A stretch of DNA of 29,235 nt. Origin: Bacteroidia bacterium (GTDB lineage: Bacteria; Bacteroidota; Bacteroidia; Bacteroidales; VadinHA17). Below are positions 17,665 through 27,700 of the stretch, piece after piece. Each line of letters begins with the position of its first letter. Positions within the stretch are counted from its first letter, which is position 1. The position numbers were made by a program, and so were the translations under genes. The stretch lies in contig JAPLDX010000064.1 in assembly GCA_026391215.1 (NCBI GenBank), forward strand, positions 1 through 29,235, given 5' to 3'. The notes beneath the pieces are model-generated. The model was given only the letters and a program-made list of their open reading frames with translations. It did no database searches and was not told the origin of the DNA.

Positions 17665-19545
17665 ATGAGCAAAACAAAGCCTGTTTTATATATAAATGAT
17701 TCCAAATGCAGGAATTCATATTCATGTGTCCGGGTATGTCCGGTAAACGCGATTGAGGTTAAGACACAGAAGCCCCATCCCACAATTATTCCGGAAAGAT
17801 GTATCGGGTGCGGATTATGCTATATTTCCTGCTCACCGCGTGCCATTGAATTCCGGGATTCAAAGGAAGAGGTCAGGGCATTACTTTCCTCTGACAGAAA
17901 AAAGGTAGCCCTGATTGAGCCAAGTATTGCGTCTGAATTTGACGATATTACCGACTACAGAAAATTCGTGGCAATGATCCGCACACTGGGATTTGATTAT
18001 GTGCATGAGGTTTCATTTGGCGTAGATCTGATCGCATCAAAATATGCCGATCTTTTCAGCACCTCGGAAGGCAAGTATTATATTACTGCCAACTGCCCTT
18101 CAATAGTCAAGCTCATAGAAAAATTCCATCCGGAACTGGTTCCTAATCTTGCTCCCCTTATTTCGCCAATGATTGCAACTGCAATGGTAGTCAGGAAGTT
18201 ATACGGACCTGAATCAGCTGTTATCCAGATCGGGCCATGTATAGATGCAAAAGATGAGGTGATGCTGTATGAATCCGGAAAGCTTATTGACGGAGTTCTT
18301 ACCTTCATTGAATTACGCCAGCTTTTTGATGAATCCGGGATACAGGAGAAGCTTGTTAAAATGTCGGAGTTCGATCCCCCGTTCGGATACTGGGGCGCTC
18401 TCTATCCGGTGCCGGCTGGAATAATACAGGCAGGAGGAATTAAGCGCGATATGGTATCCAGCAAGGTGATCACCGCATCAGGCAAGGAGGATATACTTGA
18501 AGCCATTAATGATTACGATAAATTCATTGACACCATACATCACCACTTTAACCTTTTCTTCTGTCACGGATGCCTTCTGGGTCCGGGAATGGAGCAGCAG
18601 AGGGAAAGGTTCAGGAGAAGAGCCCTTGTAAGCCGTTATACTGAAAAAAGGATTGGCACCCTCGATAAAGAGCTTTGGCAGAAGAACATGGACAAATGGC
18701 TAAAACTTGATTTTTCCAGAGGCTTCAAACCTGATGACCAGAGGATCCCTGAACCGCCTCCTGAAGCAATCAATGAAGTTCTGAAGATAGTCGGGAAACA
18801 GGATCCTGACGATGAGCTTGATTGCGGAGCATGCGGATATATGTCATGCCATGATTTTGCCTCCACAGTCGCCAAAGGGCTTGCCATTCCGGAAATGTGC
18901 CATACCTTTAACCTCCGGAACAAACAGGAGTATATTGAAACCCTAAGGCAGACAAACAGGAAGCTGGCCGAGACAAAAAAAGCTTTGAAAGAATCAGAGG
19001 AGATTGCGCTGAGGGAGAAAGAGATCGCACAGAGCGCTTCCGACATGATGAACAACATGCTCGAAAAACTTCCGATAGGTGTTGTGATTGTAGATAACAA
19101 CCTGAAAATACTTCATTCAAACCTGAGCTTTATTAATATTATCGGAGAGGATGCCAGGGCAATTTCGGAAGTTATACCGGGACTAGCCGGAGCGGATATT
19201 AAAACGCTTATCCCTTTCAATATTTATAACATGTTCACCTTTGTCATCAAAGAAAATGAACCTGTTGTAAGCAAGGATGTCCACCTGGAGGACAGAATGC
19301 TCAATATTTCGATCTTCCCCATCAAGAAAAATAAGATGTGCGGTGCCGTGATAAGGGATCTCTATTCTCCTGAAGTACAGGGAGAAGAGGTGACAAACCG
19401 GGTCAGCGAGGTAATTGAGAAGAACCTGGAGATGGTTCAGAAAATAGGTTTCCTTCTTGGCGAGGGAGCATCCGAAACAGAACAGATGCTTAACTCTATA
19501 ATTGAATCATACAAGAAAAGGGCCGATAAAAAAAACGGCATATAA
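17665..19545 (+). CDS. PAS-domain sensory [FeFe]-hydrogenase-like protein (HydS/HfsB-like)
   Basis: N-terminal ferredoxin motifs, TANCP, GPCIDAKDE, FCHGCLLGPG, DCGACGYMSC, coiled coil, PAS-like LPIGVVIVDNNLKILHSN. Confidence 0.88.
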   Translation: MSKTKPVLYINDSKCRNSYSCVRVCPVNAIEVKTQKPHPTIIPERCIGCGLCYISCSPRAIEFRDSKEEVRALLSSDRKKVALIEPSIASEFDDITDYRKFVAMIRTLGFDYVHEVSFGVDLIASKYADLFSTSEGKYYITANCPSIVKLIEKFHPELVPNLAPLISPMIATAMVVRKLYGPESAVIQIGPCIDAKDEVMLYESGKLIDGVLTFIELRQLFDESGIQEKLVKMSEFDPPFGYWGALYPVPAGIIQAGGIKRDMVSSKVITASGKEDILEAINDYDKFIDTIHHHFNLFFCHGCLLGPGMEQQRERFRRRALVSRYTEKRIGTLDKELWQKNMDKWLKLDFSRGFKPDDQRIPEPPPEAINEVLKIVGKQDPDDELDCGACGYMSCHDFASTVAKGLAIPEMCHTFNLRNKQEYIETLRQTNRKLAETKKALKESEEIALREKEIAQSASDMMNNMLEKLPIGVVIVDNNLKILHSNLSFINIIGEDARAISEVIPGLAGADIKTLIPFNIYNMFTFVIKENEPVVSKDVHLEDRMLNISIFPIKKNKMCGAVIRDLYSPEVQGEEVTNRVSEVIEKNLEMVQKIGFLLGEGASETEQMLNSIIESYKKRADKKNGI

Positions 19546-19555
19546 CAAGCATTAA

Positions 19556-20740
19556 TTGAAAAAGGACTTTTATATAGAAGTAAACAGCCATCAGAGAAAC
19601 CACGATGGAGAGAGAATCTCCGGTGACGTATTTCTTTACAGGTATATAAAGGAAGAGGACAGAGTAATTGCGGTACTATCGGATGGCATGGGTCATGGTG
19701 TAAAGGCAAATATACTTGCTACCCTGACGTCGACAATGGCCCTTAATTTCACAAGCGAACATAAGGAAGTTGACCGGATTGCGGAAATAATTATGAATAC
19801 CCTCCCTGTCTGCAGCGAACGGAAAATAAGCTATTCAACATTTACAATTATTGATATAGACAGCAGCGGACGGGTAAATATCCTCGAATATGATAATCCT
19901 CCGACAATAGTCCTTAGAGGCAACCAGCAATTTGATCCATCATGGAAGAAAGTAGTTCTTGAAAAGGGCAAGCACTCAGGTAAAATACTGAAAACCTGCA
20001 CGTTCATGCCGGAAAAAGAAGACAGAATAGTAGTCTGCTCCGATGGAGTGGCTCAGAGCGGAATGGGCAGTGAGGCTTTCCCGTTTGGCTGGGAAAGGGA
20101 TAATGTAGCTACCTATGCTGCCGCTCTTGTAAACAGCGAAGCATCGATTTCGGCTGTTATGCTTGCAGGGAAGATTGTCTCCATGGCTCATAAGAACGAT
20201 GCATACAAGGCAAAAGATGATATAAGCTGTGCAATAATCTACTTTCGTGATCCACGTAAATTGCTGATATGCACAGGTCCCCCCTATGAAAAGGACAAGG
20301 ATAAGGAGCTTGCCGCAAAAGTGAAGGATTATAAGGGAAAAGTTATCCTGTGCGGAGGCACGACAGCAGATATATTGGCCAGGGAGCTGAACAGAAAAAT
20401 TGTAGACGAGCTGATATTTGAAGATCCTGAGCTGCCGCCCGAAAGTTTCCTTGAAGGTATTGACCTTGTTACTGAAGGAATACTGACCCTGCAAAAGGTA
20501 AATGAGATACTTAAGACCTACAACAACAGCACCAGGCTTGGAAAAGGTCCTGCCGACAAGATAGTTAAGCTGCTGATGGAAAGTGATGAGATACATTTTA
20601 TCATCGGGACCCGTATCAACATTGCCCATCAGGATCCGAACCTTCCGGTTGAACTGGAAATACGAAGGACCGTGGTAAAACGTATTGCAAGGCTTCTTGA
20701 GGAAAAATGGCTCAAGAACGTAACCTTTGAATATATTTAA
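19556..20740 (+). CDS. SpoIIE/PP2C-family Ser/Thr phosphatase (HfsC-like), TTG start
   Basis: SGDVF, LSDGMGHG, YSTFTI, CSDGV, DDIS and a C-terminal CGGTTA/LVTEGILTL domain typical of hydS-associated phosphatases. Confidence 0.9.
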   Translation: MKKDFYIEVNSHQRNHDGERISGDVFLYRYIKEEDRVIAVLSDGMGHGVKANILATLTSTMALNFTSEHKEVDRIAEIIMNTLPVCSERKISYSTFTIIDIDSSGRVNILEYDNPPTIVLRGNQQFDPSWKKVVLEKGKHSGKILKTCTFMPEKEDRIVVCSDGVAQSGMGSEAFPFGWERDNVATYAAALVNSEASISAVMLAGKIVSMAHKNDAYKAKDDISCAIIYFRDPRKLLICTGPPYEKDKDKELAAKVKDYKGKVILCGGTTADILARELNRKIVDELIFEDPELPPESFLEGIDLVTEGILTLQKVNEILKTYNNSTRLGKGPADKIVKLLMESDEIHFIIGTRINIAHQDPNLPVELEIRRTVVKRIARLLEEKWLKNVTFEYI

Positions 20741-20773
20741 TCAAAGACAATTTGAAAATTGAAGTTATAAGCT

Positions 20774-21205
20774 TCAGAATTTAGTTTTCAGATATTCATT
20801 TACTCTCTTGAACAAGTGCGGCTGTATGTCGGGATAGGTAAGATCTTCAGGAAGTTGATCCGTCATTATCCTTTCTGCTATTTCTGAATTGTCAGGGAGT
20901 GCACCAATTTTATCAACTTCAGCAAGAAAGAGCCTGCCATAACCGATATTCCCGTCTTTTTCAACCGAATATGTTGCCACACAGTCAAGATTGAATTCCA
21001 CTGCTCCTGTCTCTTCAATCAATTCCCTGCCTGCAGCAACAGAAGGAGATTCATTTTTCTCGATGTGTCCTCCCGGAATTTCCCAGGTAGAGCGTTCATG
21101 GTGCCTTACAAAAATCCATTTGTCAGCATATCGTGCCGCGATCACCGAATACATTAGCCCTTCTGAAGGTTCAAAAAGAATATCATGAAAATTGACTATT
21201 GTCAT
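20774..21205 (-). CDS. NUDIX hydrolase
   Basis: Nudix box GGHIEKNESPSVAAGRELIEETG. Confidence 0.92.
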   Translation of the reverse strand: MTIVNFHDILFEPSEGLMYSVIAARYADKWIFVRHHERSTWEIPGGHIEKNESPSVAAGRELIEETGAVEFNLDCVATYSVEKDGNIGYGRLFLAEVDKIGALPDNSEIAERIMTDQLPEDLTYPDIQPHLFKRVNEYLKTKF

Positions 21206-21286
21206 TCATTCTATTGTAAACAGTTGCGAATGTAAGAATAATCATATAAACATAAATGAGTATTTTTACATCCTGATCTGCGATGA

Positions 21287-22468
21287 ATGGTATTTATTAT
21301 AGTCCTCATACTTCTTGAAATCCTGACCATCCTGGTCCTGAAGGATCACTTTTATAAATCATCCAGGCCGAAATTCTGGTTGTCACTTTTAATACATGTT
21401 TCCCTGAGCATCTGGTTATGGCTTGTCATATTCAAGAATATATTTTACAACGGCATTTTTGACACTCCTGGGAATATCAGGCTTCACATGGCTATGACAG
21501 GGTTGATAGCCGCAACAGCAATTCCAAGGATGGTGATATGCCTGCTTCATTATACCGGCAAACTGTTCAGGATCAGGAAAGGAGGGCACCACAGGTGGTT
21601 AACATGGTCAGGGCTAATAGTCTCCTGTATCATCCTTGTTGTGATAGCGCTCGGTACTTTTATTGGAAAATTCAACTTTAAAACAGAAGAAGTCACTATA
21701 AAGATCAAAGGAACAGATAGGGAGCCTGACACTCTCAGGATCGTGCAAATATCTGATCTTCATCTTGCCGGATTTGACAAACACCTCAATCGTCTCCAGG
21801 AGGTAATTGATGAAGTTAACAGGTTCTCTCCTGACCTGATAATCAATACGGGGGATTTTATAAGCTACGGCTGGCATGAATTTGACAGGTGTGATACGAT
21901 ACTGGCAAAGGCCAGAAGCAGGTATGGGAATTTTGCCATTCTTGGGAATCATGATATGGGAACCTACTTACCTGAAGCATCAGACGAGGACAGAAAAGCT
22001 GTTGCAGTCAGAGTGAATGAGCTGGCAACTGCCTCCGGGTATGATGTACTGAATGATGAACATGTTATTGTAAATATAAGAGACACCCGGACTGCAATTA
22101 TCGGTGTGGAAACTTATGGCAGGCATCCTGATATCATTCATGGTGACCTTAAGAAAGCAATGGAAGGACTTGACAGTGTTGATCTGAAGATTTTGTTGTG
22201 CCATGATCCTAACCAGTGGCGGCAGGATGTGACAGGAAAGACTGATATAGACCTCACCCTGGCAGGTCATACTCATGGCATGCAGATTGGAATTGTTACA
22301 AGAAAATTCAGATGGAGTCCCTCAAAGTACTTTTATCATGAATGGAACGGACTGTTCCGGGAGGGGGATCAGTACCTGTATGTAAATCGCGGTCTTGGTG
22401 TGATGGCAATACCTTTCAGAATATGGATGCCACCGGAAATAACGGTGCTTACCTTTGTGATGGAATAA
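21287..22468 (+). CDS. Membrane-anchored metallophosphoesterase (YkuE/YaeI-like)
   Basis: Hydrophobic N-terminal helices; DLH, GD, GNHD, CHDP and GHTHG motifs. Confidence 0.92.
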   Translation: MVFIIVLILLEILTILVLKDHFYKSSRPKFWLSLLIHVSLSIWLWLVIFKNIFYNGIFDTPGNIRLHMAMTGLIAATAIPRMVICLLHYTGKLFRIRKGGHHRWLTWSGLIVSCIILVVIALGTFIGKFNFKTEEVTIKIKGTDREPDTLRIVQISDLHLAGFDKHLNRLQEVIDEVNRFSPDLIINTGDFISYGWHEFDRCDTILAKARSRYGNFAILGNHDMGTYLPEASDEDRKAVAVRVNELATASGYDVLNDEHVIVNIRDTRTAIIGVETYGRHPDIIHGDLKKAMEGLDSVDLKILLCHDPNQWRQDVTGKTDIDLTLAGHTHGMQIGIVTRKFRWSPSKYFYHEWNGLFREGDQYLYVNRGLGVMAIPFRIWMPPEITVLTFVME

Positions 22469-22522
22469 ATATTTTCATTTTTACCCTATTGACATTAATA
22501 ATACCAGGTTTATACCCGATAA

Positions 22523-23197
22523 ATGGAGATAAAATATAAAATAGTTTTTTCCCGCAGAAGATCGATAAGCATAACAGTGAGTCCCGATGAAGGCGTTGTT
22601 GTAAGGGCACCATATAGGGCATCCCATAAAACTATCGATAAGTTTGTAAATGAAAAGGCCGGCTGGATAAAAAAACAGACAGAAAGTTTCTCTTCCCTCA
22701 CCAGGATCAATAAGGATAAGAAATATACCGATGAAGAGCTTCATCTCTTTATGGGAAGAGAATATACATTAAAGATATTTCAGTCATCACAAGCATCTGT
22801 ATATCTGCGCAATAATGCAATTGAGGTTAGTACCGATGGTACGGAAGGCAAGGTTAAAATCCTTCTTGAAAGGTGGTACATGACGGAAGCTGCGAAGATC
22901 ATTACCGTAAAAATGAATGAGATAATAAGCAGGTACAGAGACTATATGTTCTCTCCTTCGGATCTGGTCGTCAGGAAGCTGAAAAGCAGGTGGGGAAGCT
23001 GTACTTCAAAAGGCAAAGTCACCATTAGTTCCGAGCTGGTAAAGCTTGACGAACGGTTTACTGAATATGTGATAATCCATGAACTGTGTCATCTGATATA
23101 CCACAATCATGGAAAGGAGTTCTATAAACTGCTAGGAGAATTATTCCCTGAATATAAATCAGTGAGAAAGAATCTCAGAAAGTACATCACCAAATAA
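22523..23197 (+). CDS. YgjP/DUF45 (M48-like) zinc metallohydrolase
   Basis: RRRSISI, SRWGSC, YVIIHELCHL..NH (HExxH). Confidence 0.9.
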   Translation: MEIKYKIVFSRRRSISITVSPDEGVVVRAPYRASHKTIDKFVNEKAGWIKKQTESFSSLTRINKDKKYTDEELHLFMGREYTLKIFQSSQASVYLRNNAIEVSTDGTEGKVKILLERWYMTEAAKIITVKMNEIISRYRDYMFSPSDLVVRKLKSRWGSCTSKGKVTISSELVKLDERFTEYVIIHELCHLIYHNHGKEFYKLLGELFPEYKSVRKNLRKYITK

Positions 23198-23221
23198 AAA
23201 ATTAACCACTGAGTGACACGG

Positions 23222-23251
23222 GCCTTCGTCCCGAGTACTCGGGACTCAGGC
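23222..23251. repeat. Perfect 18-bp palindrome within a REP-like extragenic element between convergent genes
   Basis: gtcccgagtactcgggac (23228-23245) flanked by gcct..aggc. Confidence 0.7.
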
Positions 23252-23277
23252 TAACACGGAGTTACACTGTGAAAAAG

Positions 23278-24681
23278 CTATAAAATATTATATTCCTGTC
23301 CCTTTGCCGGGATTTCGATATTCTTAAAACCTTCTTTTATTAGTTCTGCAGCATATTTTTTCTGGGTTTCATATTCCCCGTGTACAATAAAGGTTTCTTC
23401 AATAGATCTCTTTTCCTGGCAGCCAAGAAATGCAATCATTTCCTTGTAATCGCCATGACCGGAAAATGATTCTATTTTTCTGATGTCAGCATTTACCTTG
23501 TAAACAGTGCCGTGTATTGAGACTTCTTTAGCGCCTGCAAGAATACGGGCGCCCAAGGTTGCCGGAGAACAGTAACCGACAGCAAGTACCGTATTTCTCG
23601 GGTCTGAGATATTATTTGCAAGATGATGTTTAACGCGGCCCGCTTCCATCATGCCCGATGCTGAAATTATCACACAAGGCAGCTTGGAATCATTAAGTTT
23701 CTTTGAGTCTTCCACCTTTGTTATATAAAAGAGGTTTTGAAAACCGAAAGGATCGATATCATCACGCAGCAATTGCTGGAATTCCTCATTAAAGCATTCT
23801 GAATGAACGCGGAAAACCGATGTTGCATTTACTGCAAGTGGGGAATCAACGTAAATATCAACTCTCGGGAGTTTTCCCTGGTTAAAGAAACTGTTCAGGG
23901 CATAAACAATTTCCTGTGTGCGTCCGACGCTGAAGGCCGGTATGATAAGCTTCCCTCTTTTTTCCACACAGGTATGTATAAGTACTTTAAGCAGCTCATC
24001 TTCTGCAACCAGGTTATCATCATGCAACCTGTCTCCATATGTAGACTCTGTTATGAGTATATCGGCTTGAGGGAACGGTTCAGGCGAAGCAAGTATCCTG
24101 TCGAAAGGTCTTCCGATATCACCGGTGCAGGCAATCCTTTTGATCTGTCCTTTTTCAATGATCTGAAGATTAGCAGCCCCGCTACCAAGCATATGCCCGG
24201 TGCTGGTAAATCTTACCTTAATATTTTCATCTATCCTGAAGTTCATTTTACCGGGAACCCCTATAAAAAGATTCATGCAAGCAACTGCATCTTTCTGTGT
24301 ATATATCGGAGTCACCAGAGGGAGTTCCTTTTTTGCCCTTCTTTTGTTGAAAGTATAAGTATCATGTTCCTGTATGAAGCCTGAATCGGAAAGCATTATT
24401 GCACAGAGATCGCGGGTTGCACTAGTACAGATCACGGAACCCCTGAAGCCTCGTTTGAACATATAGGGAATAAGTCCGGAATGATCAATATGTGCATGAG
24501 TGAGTACAATATGATCAATTGTCTCAGGTTCGAATCCAAGCTCCCTGTTCATACTGTCGGTCTCAAGTCCCTTACCCTGAAACATACCGCAGTCAAGAAG
24601 TATCCTTTTTCCAAGATCAGTGGTTATAAGGTGTTTACTGCCGGTGACTTCCCTTGCAGCACCAAGAAATTTAATATTCAT
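23278..24681 (-). CDS. MBL-fold metallo-hydrolase, beta-CASP RNA-processing family
   Basis: GAAREVTGS, DCGMFQG, THAHIDHSG, GHMLGS, ESTYG, SASGM, FSGHGD, VHGE. Confidence 0.93.
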   Translation of the reverse strand: MNIKFLGAAREVTGSKHLITTDLGKRILLDCGMFQGKGLETDSMNRELGFEPETIDHIVLTHAHIDHSGLIPYMFKRGFRGSVICTSATRDLCAIMLSDSGFIQEHDTYTFNKRRAKKELPLVTPIYTQKDAVACMNLFIGVPGKMNFRIDENIKVRFTSTGHMLGSGAANLQIIEKGQIKRIACTGDIGRPFDRILASPEPFPQADILITESTYGDRLHDDNLVAEDELLKVLIHTCVEKRGKLIIPAFSVGRTQEIVYALNSFFNQGKLPRVDIYVDSPLAVNATSVFRVHSECFNEEFQQLLRDDIDPFGFQNLFYITKVEDSKKLNDSKLPCVIISASGMMEAGRVKHHLANNISDPRNTVLAVGYCSPATLGARILAGAKEVSIHGTVYKVNADIRKIESFSGHGDYKEMIAFLGCQEKRSIEETFIVHGEYETQKKYAAELIKEGFKNIEIPAKGQEYNIL

Positions 24682-24717
24682 TATAATTTAGTTTGACCTA
24701 AAGATAGCGATTTGACC

Positions 24718-27700
24718 TCAAATCCTTACTCCGATTATTGTAATATCATCTATCTGAGCGAGCGAACCTTGCCATTTTGCCAGTTCTGTTTCAAGGATAT
24801 TTTGTTGTTCTATCATTGGCCTGTAATAGATATCTGCAAGCAGTTTCTTGAGATTTGCTTTTTTGTATTTAGCGCCTTCAGGGCCTCCGAACTGGTCGGT
24901 AAATCCATCTGAGAAGATGTAAACCACATCCCCTTTGTTCACATTGATGACGTAATTTGTAAATGGGATCTCTTCTCCGTAATAGATACCTATAGGCATC
25001 CTGTTGGCCTTGTATTCTTTAAGCTCTCCATTCTGTGAAATCAGCAAAGGATTGTATGCGCCGGCAAACTGCATTGTCTGTTTGTTCTTGTTAAGAATGC
25101 AGAATGAAATGTCCATTCCGTCTGCAGCTTCTCCTTCCTTTCCTGTCTGATGCAGCGATTTCATAATTTTATTGCGAAGGAGATTGAGCACTTTGTTTGC
25201 CTGGAGGTTTTTGTTATTGGAAATAATCTCATTGAGAGTTGAAATTCCAAGTGTGCTCATAAAAGCTCCGGGAACACCATGTCCTGTACAATCACCAACT
25301 GTAAAGAAAACAGATTTATCATCTTCGCCGATCCAGTAGAAATCACCGCTGACAATATCCCTTGGTTTGTAGAAAATGAAATGATCTGAGAAAATGTTCT
25401 TGAAAATATCTTCCACAGGAAGCATTGCAAGCTGTATCCTGCTTGCATATTCAATGCTTGAAGTAATCTCTTCTTTCTGTGCCTCAATTTCAGCAGTCCT
25501 TTCCTTAACCTTTTCTTCAAGTATCCTGTTTGCATTATGGAGCTGCCTTTCCCTGAAACGGACTACAAGTATTATCAGGAATAAGAGCAACATTCCGATA
25601 AGAATATAAAAGAACGCTGTCTGGGTGAAGGGAGCTTTGATAGTGAAATTAACAGATTGGGATTCACCTATATTTCCCCAAAGATCCTTGGCCCTTACCT
25701 GCAGGGTGTAATCACCGGGTTTTGATATCGGCTTTTCATAATGCGTTCTTACTGACCATGTTGACCAGTCGGACATCTGTTTGTTTATAAAATACTGATA
25801 CTGAGTAGTACTTTGTTTCAAATAGCCGGGTGCTATGATGTCAAAAATTATTACATCGTCGCCACGCTGAAATTTTATATCGGTAAGGTTAAAGCTTGTT
25901 CCTCTTTCGTTAGAGATATGTTTTATCAGAACATCAATGGCCGGAGATATTTCTGCAGATCTTTTCCGGTCAATCCCAAACAGTTTGTTGTTGCCGCTGA
26001 CCACCCAGAGATTATCTCTTTCCGATATGACAGATACCACGTCATCAAACAATTTGAGAAGTGATAATTCGCTGTCTTCTATTTCGGATTCTGAAGAATT
26101 TGATGTCCATTCACCTTCATATCTGATAACCGGAAAATTGGATAATGGTATAATAAGATTTATTTCTTCTGCCGGAATATCCTTCCCTTTTCCAAAAACA
26201 TCGAATCCGTCTGATCTTTCATTATAAAAATATATACCGGATTCTGAATACAGGAATATTGTATCATTTATAAGATCAACAGTATAACGCTGTGGAAATT
26301 CATTCATGACATTATATGAAGAATACTTCAGTCCCCCTTCCATATCTACGCGGTAGGCCGTATTATCCCCTCCCATCCACAAGGTCTTATTGTCCTTCAT
26401 TACAATTGAATAGACCGTATTAATAAACTGAGGATCTATTGCTTCAGTCAGCCATTTGCCATTCAGATATTTCACAGCGAAATAACCGTCATTGGCACCT
26501 ATGAAATATTTGTTATTTTCAGGCTGCCAGCTGATAAAATTGATATACCTGTTATCGGCAATTATTACGGCTTTGTGATTATTGATCACAAACAAACCCC
26601 TGTTGGTTGAAGCCAGGAGCCCGCCGGGAGTTGAGACAATCTGCCGGCATTTTTCATTTAGTCCCTCAACCTTTTTATAAATGTAGTTTATTGATTTGAG
26701 CCGGCTTATTGTTTTACGTGTAACCTGTGTTGCCGTTGTAGCCGGTTTCGCTGCAGCTTTTTCAGTTTTTGATTGTTGCTGCTGACCTGTTTTTTTGCCG
26801 AATATTTTGGTAAATATGTTCTTCCTGCCTCCCTGTTGTTCCTGTGGAGACTTTGAGGTTTGCGTGCCGGATAATGATGAAGTAGCGGCTACTTTGCTCT
26901 TCGAATTAATTTGCACCTCATCGTAGCTCTTAACTTCCGTAAGGTAAAATACACCCTCGCTTGTTGCCACATAAAGCTCATTATTATACTTCAATGCAGA
27001 AGTAAGGTTTCCTTTAAGTCCGGGGTATATTGAGAAGTTGCCTACAGGAAGACGGAGATCCGCTCTTGTAAGCCCGTACTGATGTGAAAGCCATATGCCT
27101 CCTGAATTATCTGATCCGATGGCATAAACCTCATCATCCGGCAGTTCGTTCTGGTTATTGATTGTAAAAAGAACCTTGCCTGAAAGTTTTTCAACAACAA
27201 GTGCACCTCCGTCAAGAGTAGAAAATGCATAGGCAGTATCACCCAATGCAATTCCTTCCGACAAAATATTGCCTTTAAGATATCCGTCATCTTTGATCTG
27301 GTATTCAGAATATTTCATTCCGTCAAAGAGTGACAGGTTACCGTTGCTCAGGCCTACCAGAACCAACGCTTGTTTGTAGGGCAGTGAAAAAAGAACATCG
27401 ACCTGTTCAGTCAGATAGCCGGTGACAATTGGAAAAAGAGTATCGCTTTCAAGCCTGTGAAGACCTTTACCCAACACATTTATATAGGTACTCTTTGGCG
27501 TTACGAACATCCCGGTAAAAAGATCGTTGGGTTTGGATTTTACGCGAAGCTCCAGACTGTTCGTTTTAAGATTATAGCGATCGGCAGCCTGTTCACTGTA
27601 AAACCAGGCCAGCGAATCACTGAAAATAATTTTTGTTATTATTCCTATTCCGGAAGAATCGCCTGACAAAGAGACATAATCATATGATCCGGTCAGGTCC

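Noticed and set aside
20774-24681. NUDIX, phosphoesterase, YgjP and MBL genes as an anti-phage or nucleotide-signalling system
   Set aside because: Orientations are mixed, the families are common housekeeping types, and there is no cyclase, effector or mobility context.
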